Positions 26,616-39,021 of a stretch of DNA of 64,000 bases are shown here, piece by piece. Each line of letters starts with the position of its first letter. The first letter of the stretch is position 1. The notes under the pieces are model-generated. The model was not told the DNA's origin, ran no database searches, and worked only from the letters and a program-made list of their open reading frames with translations. Both the position numbers and the translations under genes were made by a program. The stretch is from Marsupella aquatica (taxonomy: Eukaryota > Plantae > Marchantiophyta): the NCBI GenBank assembly GCA_973895155.1, contig OZ316892.1:17784357-17848356 (forward strand). The letters run 5' to 3'.

Positions 26616-27249
26616 TATTTATTATGCCAACCTGATACCACTGTGGTAACAACGTGCTAGGCTTGGAGGTGGCGGAACCTACTTTAGTAGAGGGTGAGGG
26701 TGGGTGGGGTGGGGTCGAGAGAACTACCCCCCCCCCCCCCCCCCTGGTGCATTATTGTTCCAACTCACACAAAGTGCATGGTTGGACAGAGGGTACATGG
26801 GATGATTGTATGATTCTAAATGTATGTTGTAGTAGCAAGGCATCTAACTTTGAGGGTGTTTTCACACGAGTTCCATTGTGACCAAAGACCACTTTGGTCA
26901 CAAGAACTATCCTAACTCTGAGGGTGAATTTACACCAGGTCGTGACCAAAGAATGGTTTGGTAACAACAACGATCTCAACTTTGAGGGTGTCTATGCACC
27001 AGGTCCATAACCAAAGAATGGTTAGCTGTAGTCACAAGAACGACCTTTAACTCTAAGAGAGTCTTTGCACCAGTTCCATGGACAAAGAACACTTTGGTCA
27101 CAAAACGACTGATTGAATCTTCCTCACTCCCTCGGCTAGAATGTATACCATCCTGCCCTGTATTTGTCTTGTACATGTGGATGTAGTAGTAATATTCTCA
27201 ACTACCTTACCCTAGGATACAGGTTTGTGTTTGGTCATCCCACCACTAG

Positions 27250-28620
27250 TGACTAGGTTCAATCAATGAAGGAGGGGTCACTTGACCAGACATGTTCCCA
27301 GAGCAATCCAGAGGTCCCCCAAAGCAAAGCACTAGCAAAGAATCAATGGTTAAGGAGCTGTGTCAAAATATCAAGCATCCTAAAATTATGAGCTTGAAAC
27401 TAGGTTGTCGTTTGGTTTTTAAGTTTATTAAACATAAGGACATGAAAAACAGATTACATGACCCGCGTACGATGACCAAAAGTAACATTTGGGGATCTAC
27501 TTGAAATCAGGTAGGGTGGGTAATGTTGGGTCCCAAGAGTTGTCCTCTATTTGGTAAAGTGAACCTTGCCAACAACCACAAATTAATGGTGAAGATTGAG
27601 AGATGCAAGAAGAAAAGCAATGTGCTACCTCTGTTTGTTTTTGCAAAGACAATGTGAGACATTTTCCTTTGCTCAAGCGTACTCATATCAACCACATCGC
27701 TGACCAAGGGGGTTGGTCACACATCAGTGAAAAAATTGAAACCCTTCTCTCTCCCTCAGTAGTTTTCACCAACCTTACACTAACCTTGACTAGACAGTTA
27801 CCCTCAAATACATCTTGAGAAATTGGGCTCCCCATGCTTGACTTCTCTTCATCTTAAACTTGTTCAATCAATAAAATTGCAGGGATGAAAACAGGGTGAG
27901 CCCACCATGTATGAGGGTCACTCAATGTTTGAGCATTGAAGCACTTGTATACACCTTCCTGGGAATAGAACCAGGCTACGAGTACATGAAATTCGAGAGC
28001 ATGTGTAGTTGATTCTAGTATTCATTTGTGAAGGTCCATTGCTTGAAGACATGGCAACACAAACATAGGAGAGATTTGAAAGTGCTATGGTGGTTCCTGA
28101 CATTAAGATACTAATGTTAATCAAGAGTATATTCTGTAAATAATTTCCTTTTGGATTCTAAACAACCTGTTTTACTTCATCAAAGGTGTAAATTCTAGAA
28201 TAGTCTGTGTTTGTGGGTTTTAAACACATAATAGCATCATAAGAATTTGGTCAAATAAAATACCTATTTTAGATCAATGTGGTGCTGATGGATTTTGGTA
28301 ATTGACCCCCATGAACTTGCTCATAACCCATTGCAGTATGCTCTCCCGCTCATTCTGAAATGGACAAAATGAGATTGACGGTTTTTTGTAAACCTGCATC
28401 AGTGCAGTATTTCCCATTGCTCATTTTTGTGAAAGTAATGATATAACCTCAATATTGGTACATACCTGAGAGCTGGCTTATAGCCTCCAAATGTCTTTCA
28501 TAAACCAACCACCCTATCCTCTATGTAATAAGTGGAATGGTGTGATTCTTCCCAACTTCCTATATGCCTGCCTAGTGCTGTTCTATCAGGTCTAGTAGGT
28601 TGACTTCCCTCAAGGCTCAA
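27250..28620 (-). mobile_element. Decayed L1-type LINE (endonuclease/ORF1 region)
   Basis: Minus-strand fragments such as MVSDVVDM and ARFTLPNRGQ resemble the APE-endonuclease GDFN and FTW.N boxes; many stops. Confidence 0.35.
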
Positions 28621-29652
28621 CTACAGTACCTTTTTGGCTCAATCTTTGCATTTCAAAATAGAGATGCTTTTCCTTCTAACTTATCATGTACTTTTTAGGA
28701 AAATGAAGGATGGGAATAACACATGTGCATTCAAAGCATGTCGGTAAGTTTTCCACACTACAAGGTATGTATTGGCACACTTTGCAAACCTCACTAAACT
28801 GATGTTTTGCCCTTGTAAACTCTGAACTTGGTGATGTGTGTATTTTGCATATGACCATTTGGACTATGCAAAAATGTGCTCTAGAAGTGTGTTTTTTGGT
28901 CAATTGCCCGTCTACCTTACGCAGGATCATAGGATAAGTGTGAAAGAAAAACTTGCACAAGTGTGAAAGCACTAAGCTCTCAGCATTTTCATTTGACACC
29001 CTTTTGAAACAGTGAGTTTCACAAGCTTGCTATGTGTGGAGCATCACAAGTTGCAAAGTGGATTTACATGAAACGACGTGAAGCACATCGTCTCACAATT
29101 TTGCAAAGTTCAGAGTTTACAAGAGCAAATACACCTCTCTAGCAAGGTTTGCAAGTACTATTGGTGTAATAAAACAGGTATCAATAAAAATATAATTATG
29201 ATGTAAAGATCAATTCATAAATTCATGTTCCATTCTCAGAGTTTTGCCAAAGCCCGGTCTCTCCTCCCTAGGTACCTAATTAAGTTATCCTATGTGCTTC
29301 TATTTCTTTCTTTGAGCCGGTTTAGCCTGCTGGTAATGGTGGCCACTTGTACCCATGAGGTGGTGAGTCAAGTCCCAGCCTTGGCAAGACTGGTACCTCA
29401 ATTGTGCCCTCAACCCTTCATGAACGAGGTTCAGTCCCCACCCCCGTCACTGCCACCCCTGCCCCCTCATGGATGGGCTACCCTGCCAATCCCCAAGCTT
29501 CGAGCATCAAGGCTGTGCTAGGGCAAACAAGATAGGAAGTCTAGTCTAGGTGAGTCTTAGGTGCTCAACTTGTGTGGCAATTTTCCCAGTCCTGCCGTTA
29601 CTTTTTCATTAAACTCCAGGCCACTCACACTGAAACCCTCTGTTTACAAAAC

Positions 29653-29983
29653 TATTAAGGATTGCTCTTAGTCTTGTGACTCGTATTACGATACTTAGGC
29701 TAACCACAATTAGGGTCTTAGTTGAGGTTAGGTTAGTCGTGTGTGACCTTGTATATACCAGGGCTAGTGTAAGTTGCTGGTGTGTGATGCTTACTCATTG
29801 TAACAGAGCAACTTGAGGAAGAGGGAGAGCATGTGTGTTCGTCTACTCTTGAAATAAAGCTTGAGTGTTCGTGTGGACGTAGCCTTGGAGAAGAGGTGAA
29901 CCACGTATGGATTGTGTCGACTACGTGAGTATGGTATGAGTCACGGGTTGTATGGTCATTGCGATTGACGTCTTAGTTCAACA
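29653..29983 (+). mobile_element. Solo LTR related to the neighbouring copia family
   Basis: TSD AAAAC at 29648-29652 and 29984-29988. Ends TATT (decayed TGTT) and CAACA. Contains TATATA and the gtggacgtagcct..gaggtgaaccacgtat motif also present in the 30473 LTR. Confidence 0.8.
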
Positions 29984-30510
29984 AAAACAACTTTCATATT
30001 GACTATGAAGAAGCTTGGCCACTCTTCAAATTTGTAAGACATATAGCTGACTGTGTCAACCTCAAAGATAAAGACTCCACATTCACTATTCCAAATCCCC
30101 ACTCCCATAATTCATAAAAACAAGTTTTTATTAGGTTAAGCCCCAAACTGAGAGTTCTTACAGACCTAACCCCCAAACTATGTTTATTACTATACTGACC
30201 CCCAAGTAGTATATGAGGCTAGTAACCAGTATTCCTGCTCATGAGAGCACCTGATTGGTCTACTAGCTGGTTAGCTTAACCCATCCCATTCCCCCTTGGT
30301 CCCCTTCTCGTGCACTGCCCATGAACACTTGCCCAATGCCTCCCAAACGTGTCATCCTGCTGGCTCATCTTTCTTTCAAATAACATCGAGAAAGTGAGAT
30401 GCTGCTGTCCGGGGACACTGAAATCACACTACGCATGCATACCTCAATTGATTGTTGGGGCTTCAGGCTGTGTGTTGGGTATTTACTCTTACGTCTAGGT
30501 TAGGTATGAC

Positions 30511-30707
30511 GTGGTTGGTACAACAACGTGGGTTGGTACAACTACGTGGTTAGGTACAACTACGTGATTAGGTACAACTATGTGGTTAGGTACAACTACG
30601 TGATTAGGTACAACTATGTGGTTAGGTACAACTACGTGATTAGGTACAACTATGTGGTTAGGTACAACTATGTGGTTAGGTACAACTATGTGGTTAGGTA
30701 CAACTAA
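30511..30707 (+). repeat. 11 x 18-bp tandem array in LTR U3 (second copy at ~36659-36855)
   Basis: Unit GTG(G/A)TTAGGTACAACTA(C/T). Confidence 0.95.
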
Positions 30708-32121
30708 GTTGCACACTATATCATAAGAGGCATGTGTGCTTGGAGAGGTAGAACCAAGGCTCATTGTTATGGAGCCACTTGAGAGATAGGGAGAGCTTAC
30801 ACTGTGGAGACTCGGTATAGCCGACGGGCTTAGAGTTCAGTAAAGCTCTCTTGTGTGTTCCCGTGGACGTAGCCTCAAGGAGGTGAACCACGTATCTCTT
30901 GTGTCGACTATTGTGCGTTGGATGGTTCATGGGCTTGCCGTTGCGATCGTCATCTATGCTCAACAATTGGTATCAGAGCATGCTTGGGAGGTGACGTGTG
31001 TTCGTGACGGGATTTCATGACGGTTTTTCCAGCGTTGAGTGTTGGTGGATTTTCTAGAGTTCCATCGCATGGAACTTGGAGTTTATGGGCTCAACGGATA
31101 GATCAGGGCAAGAGCTTTCTAACGGTGTGAAGAAATCGTTGAACGGAGCTCGTGGTGCAGAGAGATCTAAGTTTTCGTCGTTCTGGATTTTGTGAAGAAA
31201 GTTGGCAATCGACTCGGAGGGAGAAGCGTCAAGTGTTTTGACTCAACGGAGAGATTGAGGCAAGACGATTGTTTTTGAGTCCGGGATTGGCTCTTTGATG
31301 CAAAGAGGAAGGCTAAGCAAAATCAATTACCTTGTTGGACTTGGTGACGACACCAAGTGCAATTGATCAACATTCGTTGTTGACAAGGTACCATTTTTTT
31401 CTCTTTGAAAAACTGATTCGAAATTGGCTATGGCAATTGAGAGAAATCTGTCATCTTTACCAATTTTTTTCTCCCTCGTTCTTTCCTCGTTTTGGGTGCT
31501 TCTTATATCGATCTTCATCGCCTCGGAGTCTAGTTTCCAAATCTGAAATCGGATCTTGATTTAGTCAAAACCCGAGTGAGATATCTTGCGTTTGGTGTCG
31601 AGGGGTACATTCTGCCGTGTGTATTTTCTGCGCGCGCGACCAGATTTCGACGACGAAGGGTGGTAGGGGGTTTTGGGGGTTCGAGGACACATGTCAGCCC
31701 CTCGATTGTTCTTCCAAAATTCCCACAGGGCCTGTACAAGGGTCATAGAATATTCCAAAAAAACCATAGAGCTATTTTTTTGACCGTCCGACAAAGATTT
31801 CATCCGCCGAACGGTAACTTTTTTGGTTATTTTTCGGCGAGGTCGTAGCCATTGAAGTTGGCAATGCAGCGCACCAATCACATCGCAATTCCGACAACGG
31901 GTTGTACTTGGTATTTCGGTTATTCCCTGAGGTGGTCAAAATGGGGGAGTTTCCCAAGGTTTTACCCACCTCGACCGAAATTTGAATAACTTTTTCGTCA
32001 AATTTCGATTTTGATTTCGGTTTTCAGTATTGGACTCCTAGCTTTGTGGGCTACGCGGCGGTGTTGAGTTTCGAGTTTTTTGAGAAGTTGTGAAAAACAA
32101 CATTTTTTGTGACTTTCTCAT

Positions 32122-33156
32122 ATGAGTGATTCGGAGGAGTTTTTCGAAGACGTGGAACTTGAAGCACGAGGGTCACCGCGGAGGTTTCAGGGGCAGAGAG
32201 AGGAGCAGGAGGAAGAGCACGTGACACCGATACCATCACCGGTGCGGCGTGTGGTGGAGGAAGCAGTACTACTACCGGAGCTCACGGTAAAGAAGAAGAT
32301 GGGGACTTTCAAGCTTGGGGGACCCAAGTATGAAGTGACAAAGTATGATGGGCGCTCTGACTACTTGCTATGGGAGAAGCAGGTGAAGGGAGTGCTTTAT
32401 GCGTCAGGGATGGGCCAACTGCTGAGCCCTCGTGAAGACGATGTTGATGAGAAACAATGGGACCGCATGCAGGAGCAGGGAGTGTGGTGTGTTACACTCT
32501 ATCTCATGCCTCCCATCATCAAGCAGTTGGGTGCACATAAGGATTGCATGTCCTTATTTGCGGAATTGCAGAGCAAGTATCACCGCAAGGAGTTGTCGAA
32601 CCGGCTCTACACTTCCTACAAACTGATGAGTTTCAGGATGAAAGAATCTGGTACGAAGTTGCAAGACCATGTGGATGCTTTCAACGACATGGTCGTTGAC
32701 TTGGAAAACCTTGGGGAGACTTTGAATGATGAGACGAAGGCTCTGCAGCTTCTTAGTTCATTGCCTCCATCTTACCAGTCCCTATCACGAGTGTTGTTGC
32801 ATCGTGATAGGGATACCATTTCATACAATGACGTGGTAAGTTCTCTGCTTAGTGATGATCTTCAGCAGAAGATGCACATCACGTCACAGCCTTCATCATC
32901 TGGTGCTGCCCTCAATGTTAACCGTGGGAGGAGTATGCAGCGACCAACTGGGGACCGTAGAACCCAGTTTAGATCTAAATCCAGATCTAAGTCCAAGGGT
33001 AAATCCCCTCAGAGGAGGCAGGTGACATGTTGGAAGTGCAACCAAGTTGGACACTTCAAGCGAGACTGTAAGGGAAAGGCAGCGGAAACTTCATCGGCAA
33101 ATGTGGCTAGGGCTGATGGAGAAGCTGATTTACTCAATGATGAGTATGTTTTATGA
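32122..33156 (+). CDS. Copia Gag
   Basis: KYEVTKYDGRSDYLLW, LLSSLPPSY, zinc knuckle CWKCNQVGHFKRDC; 344 aa, ends in TGA. Confidence 0.93.
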   Translation: MSDSEEFFEDVELEARGSPRRFQGQREEQEEEHVTPIPSPVRRVVEEAVLLPELTVKKKMGTFKLGGPKYEVTKYDGRSDYLLWEKQVKGVLYASGMGQLLSPREDDVDEKQWDRMQEQGVWCVTLYLMPPIIKQLGAHKDCMSLFAELQSKYHRKELSNRLYTSYKLMSFRMKESGTKLQDHVDAFNDMVVDLENLGETLNDETKALQLLSSLPPSYQSLSRVLLHRDRDTISYNDVVSSLLSDDLQQKMHITSQPSSSGAALNVNRGRSMQRPTGDRRTQFRSKSRSKSKGKSPQRRQVTCWKCNQVGHFKRDCKGKAAETSSANVARADGEADLLNDEYVL

Positions 33157-36100
33157 AGCCGGGGGTATGCCCTGTGCACGTCATCTAGGAGAGCAGATGA
33201 TGTGTGGATTCTTGATTGTGCTTGCTCTTTTCATATTTGTTACATTCGTGAGTTTTTCAGTTCTTACTCTATTTCAAACGGTTCAGTTCTGATGGGAAAT
33301 GATCACTCCTGTCAAATTGAGGGAATTGGGTTTGTGAAGATTCAAATGTTTGATGGCGCTGTGCGCACAGTGTCCGGAGTCAGGTATGTACCTGGCATGC
33401 GTAAGAATCTGATTTCACTCGGTGTGTTGGATTCAAATGGTCATCAATGGAGCGTTATTGATGGTGAACTTCAAGTCAGGTCGGGAGAGATAGTGATTTT
33501 GAAGGGGAGTAGACAAAAGAATTTGTATGTGTTACAGGGCAATACTGTATGTGGAGAGGCCAATGTAACCAAGTCTCACGAGGAGATGACTCAACTGTGG
33601 CATTCACGGCTAGGCCACATGAGTGAGAAGGGTTTGGCTATCTTACGGAAGAATGGACTCATTTCTGATTTGCAATCTTGTAAATTAGAGTTTTGTGAGC
33701 ATTGCATTCTTGGAAAGCAGCATCGTCGTGCTTTTGGTGTTGGAACTCAACGTTCCAAAGCGGTTCTTGAGTACATACATAGTGACGTGTGGGGTCCATC
33801 CCCGACTCCCTCACACTCTGGAAAGTTGTACTATGTATCATTTATTGATGATTACTCAAGATTTGTGTGGATTTATTTCATGACGCATAAGTCTGATGTC
33901 TTGTCCATTTTTAAGAAGTGGAAGGCCCAGGTGGAGAATCAGACTGGAAACACGATCAAGTGTTTGGATACAAGGGTGAAGAGTCTGAGGTCAGACAACG
34001 GCGGGGAGTACACTTCAATGGAATTTGAAGAGTACTGTTCAGAACAGGGGATAACTCGCCATCTCACCACAGTTTATACTCCGCAGCAGAATGGTGTCGC
34101 TGAGAGGCTCAATCGGACACTGTTGGAGCGGTCACGGAGTATGTTGAGCCAATCAGGTTTACCACAAGAATTTTGGGCAGAAGCTATCAATACCGCAGCT
34201 TATTTGGTAAATCTTTCTCCTTCTAGTGCTATCAATTTCAAAACGCCGTTTGAGATGCGCTATAAGCGGCAAACAGACTATCATGGCTTGGTAATTTTTG
34301 GAAGTGATGCATATGCTCTCACACCAAAGCAGAATAGGACCAAGTTGGATCCTACCTCCAGGAAATGTGTTTTTCTTGGGTACCAGAGTGGTGTGAAAGC
34401 CTATAGGCTATGGGATCCTATTGCCTGTAAGCTCGTTGTCAGTAGGGATGTTTCCTTCAATGAATCCAGATTATTGAAGGAGGGGGAGAATACTCAGGTC
34501 TCCCGTACTGACAAAAGAAAATCTCCTATCCCGGATCTCGTTGAGGGGGAGATTGGTTATGAGGTGCATGACCGGAGAGAAGGAGTTGCTCCAATTATGG
34601 AGCTGGTTCCTGTGCCAGAGGAACCAGAGGAGTTTGTTGATGCTGGTGAGCAGCAAGTGGATGCTGTTGAGCTTCAAATTGTACCAGCACACGCAGATCA
34701 ACCGGAGTCATCGGCTAGAAGAACATCTGGTCGCACTGTACGCGCTCCATCAAGGTATGGACAGTGGGTTGATTCATCTCAACTGCAAGAGGATGATTTT
34801 ACAGCTGATGATGAGGGTGATGCGTTAATTTTGGAAGAAGGAGAACCTTCTTCATTTCATGAGGCAAGTGCTTCAAAGGAGAAGCAAAAGTGGACTGTAG
34901 CAATGCAAACAGAGATGCAGTCACTAAAGGACAACAAAACTTGGGAGCTTGTTAAGCTGCCTAAGGGTCAGCAAGTGGTGGACAGCAAGTGGATTTACAA
35001 GCTGAAGGATAATTCCATAGGAGGTGGATCGAAGGTCTACAAGGCTAGATTGGTAGCAAAGGGATTCACACAAGAGAAAGGTGTGGATTACAATGAGGTC
35101 TTCTCACCAGTTGCTAAGTACTCTACAATACGACTATTGTGTGTACTTGTTGTAATGTTTGGTCTGCTCCTAGATCAGATGGATGTTGTCACAGCTTTCC
35201 TCTATGGCACATTGGAAGAGGTGATCTTCATGAGACAACCGCTAGGTTTTGTGAAGAGAGGACAGGAGGAATTGGTTTGCAGATTGCTGAAATCCTTGTA
35301 TGGGTTGAAGCAGTCACCAAGACAGTGGAACAAGCGGTTTGACGATTGGATTCGGTCACAAGGTTTTCACAGAAGTGTATTTGACCCTTGTGTGTATTTG
35401 AAACCGGTGAAGAATGTTGTCTTTGGGTTCATTGTTTTAGTACTTTATGTGGATGACATGCTAATTGCAGCCAAGGATAGGTCTGAGATTGTTAAGCTCA
35501 AGGCACTGCTTAGTGCAGAGTTTAAGATGAAGGACTTAGGGCCAGCTAAGAGGATTTTGGGTATGGAGATCACTAGGGACTTGGAGGCTGGCAAGCTATG
35601 GTTGACGCAGAGCAGTTATGCGAGGAAGGTAATTGCAAGGTTCAACATGGAGAATAGCAAGCCAGTAAGTACCCCGTTGGCTCCACACTTCAAGTTATCA
35701 TCAGCGTTCTGTCCTACGGATGACACAGAGAAGGGGTTGATGTCAAAGGTTCCATATGACAAGGCAGTGGGGAGTCTCATGTATTTGATGACTTGCACTA
35801 GACCTGATCTTGCCATGGCTATGGGCAAGGTGAGCAGGTACATGTCGAATCCAGGGAAGGTACACTGGGAAGCAGTGAAGTGGATTATCAGGTACTTGAA
35901 GGGTACCGTGGATCATGGTCTTTTATTTGATGCGAATGCAAAGAATGCTAGATCATTGATTGGCTATGTAGATTCTGACTATGGACAAGATTTGGACCGA
36001 AGGAGATCAACAACAGGATACGTGTTCACACTTGGCGGTGGATGCATAAGTTGGAGGTCTACTTTGCAGAAGTGTATTGCTCAGTCTACTACAGAAGCGG

Positions 36101-36429
36101 AGTATGTTGCAGCTGCGGAAGCAGCAAAGGAAGCGATTTGGTTGGATAGACTTATCACTGAAATGGGATTGCCACAGGGGAATGTGAAGCTCCATTGTGA
36201 TAGTCAAAGTGCGCTCCACCTTGCTGTGAACCAGGTGATGGACAGCAGAGTGAAGCACATTGACGTCAGGTACCATTTTATCAGGCAGGCTGTGTCTGAT
36301 AAATTGTTTGAGCTAGTCAAGATTGATGGTAAACTCAACCCGGCTGACGCATTTACCAAAGTGATTCCTTTGGAGAGTTTCTCTAGACACCATGACGTAT
36401 TGCAGGTTTTGCAATTGCATCACAAGTAG
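33157..36429 (+). CDS. Copia Pol (PR-IN-RT-RH), in frame with gag after one TGA
   Basis: WILDCACSFH, WHSRLGH..CEHC, HSDVWGP, LRSDNGGEY, QNGVAER, KARLVAKG, LYVDDM, YVDSD, ADAFTK; uninterrupted. Confidence 0.93.
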   Translation, partial: SRGYALCTSSRRADDVWILDCACSFHICYIREFFSSYSISNGSVLMGNDHSCQIEGIGFVKIQMFDGAVRTVSGVRYVPGMRKNLISLGVLDSNGHQWSVIDGELQVRSGEIVILKGSRQKNLYVLQGNTVCGEANVTKSHEEMTQLWHSRLGHMSEKGLAILRKNGLISDLQSCKLEFCEHCILGKQHRRAFGVGTQRSKAVLEYIHSDVWGPSPTPSHSGKLYYVSFIDDYSRFVWIYFMTHKSDVLSIFKKWKAQVENQTGNTIKCLDTRVKSLRSDNGGEYTSMEFEEYCSEQGITRHLTTVYTPQQNGVAERLNRTLLERSRSMLSQSGLPQEFWAEAINTAAYLVNLSPSSAINFKTPFEMRYKRQTDYHGLVIFGSDAYALTPKQNRTKLDPTSRKCVFLGYQSGVKAYRLWDPIACKLVVSRDVSFNESRLLKEGENTQVSRTDKRKSPIPDLVEGEIGYEVHDRREGVAPIMELVPVPEEPEEFVDAGEQQVDAVELQIVPAHADQPESSARRTSGRTVRAPSRYGQWVDSSQLQEDDFTADDEGDALILEEGEPSSFHEASASKEKQKWTVAMQTEMQSLKDNKTWELVKLPKGQQVVDSKWIYKLKDNSIGGGSKVYKARLVAKGFTQEKGVDYNEVFSPVAKYSTIRLLCVLVVMFGLLLDQMDVVTAFLYGTLEEVIFMRQPLGFVKRGQEELVCRLLKSLYGLKQSPRQWNKRFDDWIRSQGFHRSVFDPCVYLKPVKNVVFGFIVLVLYVDDMLIAAKDRSEIVKLKALLSAEFKMKDLGPAKRILGMEITRDLEAGKLWLTQSSYARKVIARFNMENSKPVSTPLAPHFKLSSAFCPTDDTEKGLMSKVPYDKAVGSLMYLMTCTRPDLAMAMGKVSRYMSNPGKVHWEAVKWIIRYLKGTVDHGLLFDANAKNARSLIGYVDSDYGQDLDRRRSTTGYVFTLGGGCISWRSTLQKCIAQSTTEAEYVAAAEAAKEAIWLDRLITEMGLPQGNVKLHCDSQSALHLAVNQVMDSRVKHIDVRYHFIRQAVSDKLFELVKIDGKLNPADAFTKVIPLESFSRHHDVLQVLQLHHK

Positions 36430-39021
36430 AGTTTTCTTAAACATTCATTGTAATTACTGATATATGCTCTTCCTCATTCCTATGTATTAGGCTACGGCTT
36501 AGTTCTGGTTTGCTCTAGTTAGAGAGGGAAACCGGTTTGGTTTCTGTCCAGAACTTCCCGCTGAGGGATCATATACATTGGCAGTATTACTCTCCCCTAG
36601 ACCAGAGTCAAGGGGAAGATTGTTGGGTATTTACTCTTACGTCTAGGTTAGGTATGACGTGGTTGGTACAACAACGTGGGTTGGTACAACTACGTGGTTA
36701 GGTACAACTACGTGATTAGGTACAACTATGTGGTTAGGTACAACTACGTGATTAGGTACAACTATGTGGTTAGGTACAACTACGTGATTAGGTACAACTA
36801 TGTGGTTAGGTACAACTATGTGGTTAGGTACAACTATGTGGTTAGGTACAACTAAGTTGCACACTATATCATAAGAGGCATGTGTGCTTGGAGAGGTAGA
36901 ACCAAGGCTCATTGTTATGGAGCCACTTGAGAGATAGGGAGAGCTTACACTGTGGAGACTCGGTATAGCCGACGGGCTTAGAGTTCAGTAAAGCTCTCTT
37001 GTGTGTTCCCGTGGACGTAGCCTCAAGGAGGTGAACCACGTATCTCTTGTGTCGACTATTGTGCGTTGGATGGTTCATGGGCTTGCCGTTGCGATCGTCG
37101 TCTATGCTCAACACTGTGGACCAATCAGACACTGCCATGGGCAGGATATACGGGTTACTTGGACTCATGCACTATTTGGGGGGCGGTATAATAATAAGGG
37201 TCAGTTTGGGGTCAGGTTGGTTTGGGGCAGGTTTATATAAACGCTCAGTTTGTGGGTTAGCCTAGTAAAAACCTTTTCATAGAAAACAATTTTGAGATAG
37301 TAAAAGTTTCCATAAAATAATTATCAGCTCATGCAACTTTGGTGAATGTGCTACTATACCAAAAATATAGTTATTACCTTTTACTACTAGTAATGCCCTT
37401 TGTGATTTCCTCTTACAAATTATTTTGTGATTTATAGAGAAGAATACACAATCTACGCAAACCAGATTTGAATCTAAATATTATCAAACTTGTCCTCCAC
37501 GTTCATTAAAATAGCTGGACCCAACTATAACAAATCTGTGCATTAAAATGAACATGAAGCTAATAGCAAGCCCAAATAAACCTAAAAATCTTTCAGACTT
37601 TATGTGTGTTGACACTAGAGAGCATTGTGGGCAAAAATAGCCCCTCAAAAGTCGAGCTCCTGTTACCAGAGCTATACTATATCCATAAAGTAATGACCAT
37701 CTCGTGCTTTGGTGAACGTGGTTCTACAGCATCCTTTCCATAAAGGAGGATCATCTCATGCAACTATAATGAACAGTGCTGCTATAGCAAGAATGACATC
37801 CTACAGAAGGGATATCAATAAATGATTAAGCTCGAAACACTTCCTAGAATCTCCATTGTCCAAGCTCAAAAGACTTTAAAACAACTCACCATTGTCGAAT
37901 TATGATGACCTAAAATAGATTCATAGTTTTCAAGCCTAAATGACAACCCTTTCTAAACCTATGACAGACGATCACAAAAATATTCTTCCCATGACCGAAG
38001 TTGTCGATCCTGAATTGCACTCATCGATCTCTGAGAGTCTCTCGTCAGTTATGACAGGTTTGATAATTTTATGTGCTTCAAATGACTGGCTCAGCTTTGA
38101 CTTAATATACTACATCAAACCCCTTAAACCTCTCATTCAAGATAGCAAAAAGTAAGAAGGGAAAAGAAGCGAGACAAGCTTACCGCACTGACATGTTCTG
38201 CTCCAACAACCACCTATTAGAGAGCCTCAGGGAAAAACAATTTCATGACCTTAAAATCTAGATTGCTATCCATAGCCAGAATATCAGCAGCAGAACGTCA
38301 TGTGATGGTGGGAACGAAGTCGTGTGCCCACGTTTTAACAAGGAACTGCGCAAGAATCCAAAGCAGTGAAGCGACACAAAATTTATCGATGTGGTAAAAA
38401 ATTGCATTCTGTGATCTGTGTCTCAACAAGAACCTACACGTTGTTGTGATCCATAGTTAATACACGGTGCATTTTTGGTGTACCCAGAAAAGATTCGTGT
38501 CACGTCTAATACGCCAAGTGAGAGAAAAACCAATGAAATCTCTCGTCTGACTATCGAACGAATCATAATCCAAGAACTCTGTCTTATTGACATGGTAATG
38601 AAGAACATCATCTCTTCAATGGTCCGAAGCTTCGGTATGGAAGGCTCGTCTAAAAGAATTCGATATGACGAATCAATGTTTAGATCCGGATGGCAATAAT
38701 CGTTGGATTTAGCTCCAACGATGATATGTACACAGAAAATTCCAAAATTACAAAGTTTCCACGACTCTGTCTATATAATGAGAGGCAATGCAGCACAGCC
38801 TGGAAAACAGGTTCCATCAATGCGTAGGGAACATTCATGCAGTTCAGTCCACAACTGCAACAGAAAGCGTCCTGAACAATGCCCGGCCGAGATTGGCCAT
38901 GGAGTATCTTCTATTCACAACGCCGAGCTTCTCATGAATAGGAGGTGTGGAACTTCAGCTTAGCAGCACCCCAAAAAGGAGAACGGATAGTAGGAGATTT
39001 TCTCCAGGAATAAACAGCAGT

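Larger units (their letters stand above)
30473..37113 (+). mobile_element. Full-length young Ty1/copia LTR retrotransposon (TAR/Tork-like)
   Basis: LTRs 30473-30965 and 36621-37113 (493 bp, one mismatch seen); TSD CTGTG; PBS TGGTATCAGAGC at 30968-30979; PPT AGGGGAAGAT. Confidence 0.97.
30121..37275. mobile_element. Non-autonomous MULE-like TIR element (~510 bp net) hosting the copia insertion
   Basis: 30121-30262 is a diverged inverted copy of 37119-37275. Candidate 10-bp TSD TTCATAAAAA (30111-30120) / TTCATAGAAA (37276-37285). Confidence 0.7.

Noticed and set aside
30495-30764. VVPNH(I/V)-repeat ORFs (also 36643-36912)
   Set aside because: Antisense translation of the 18-bp LTR array.
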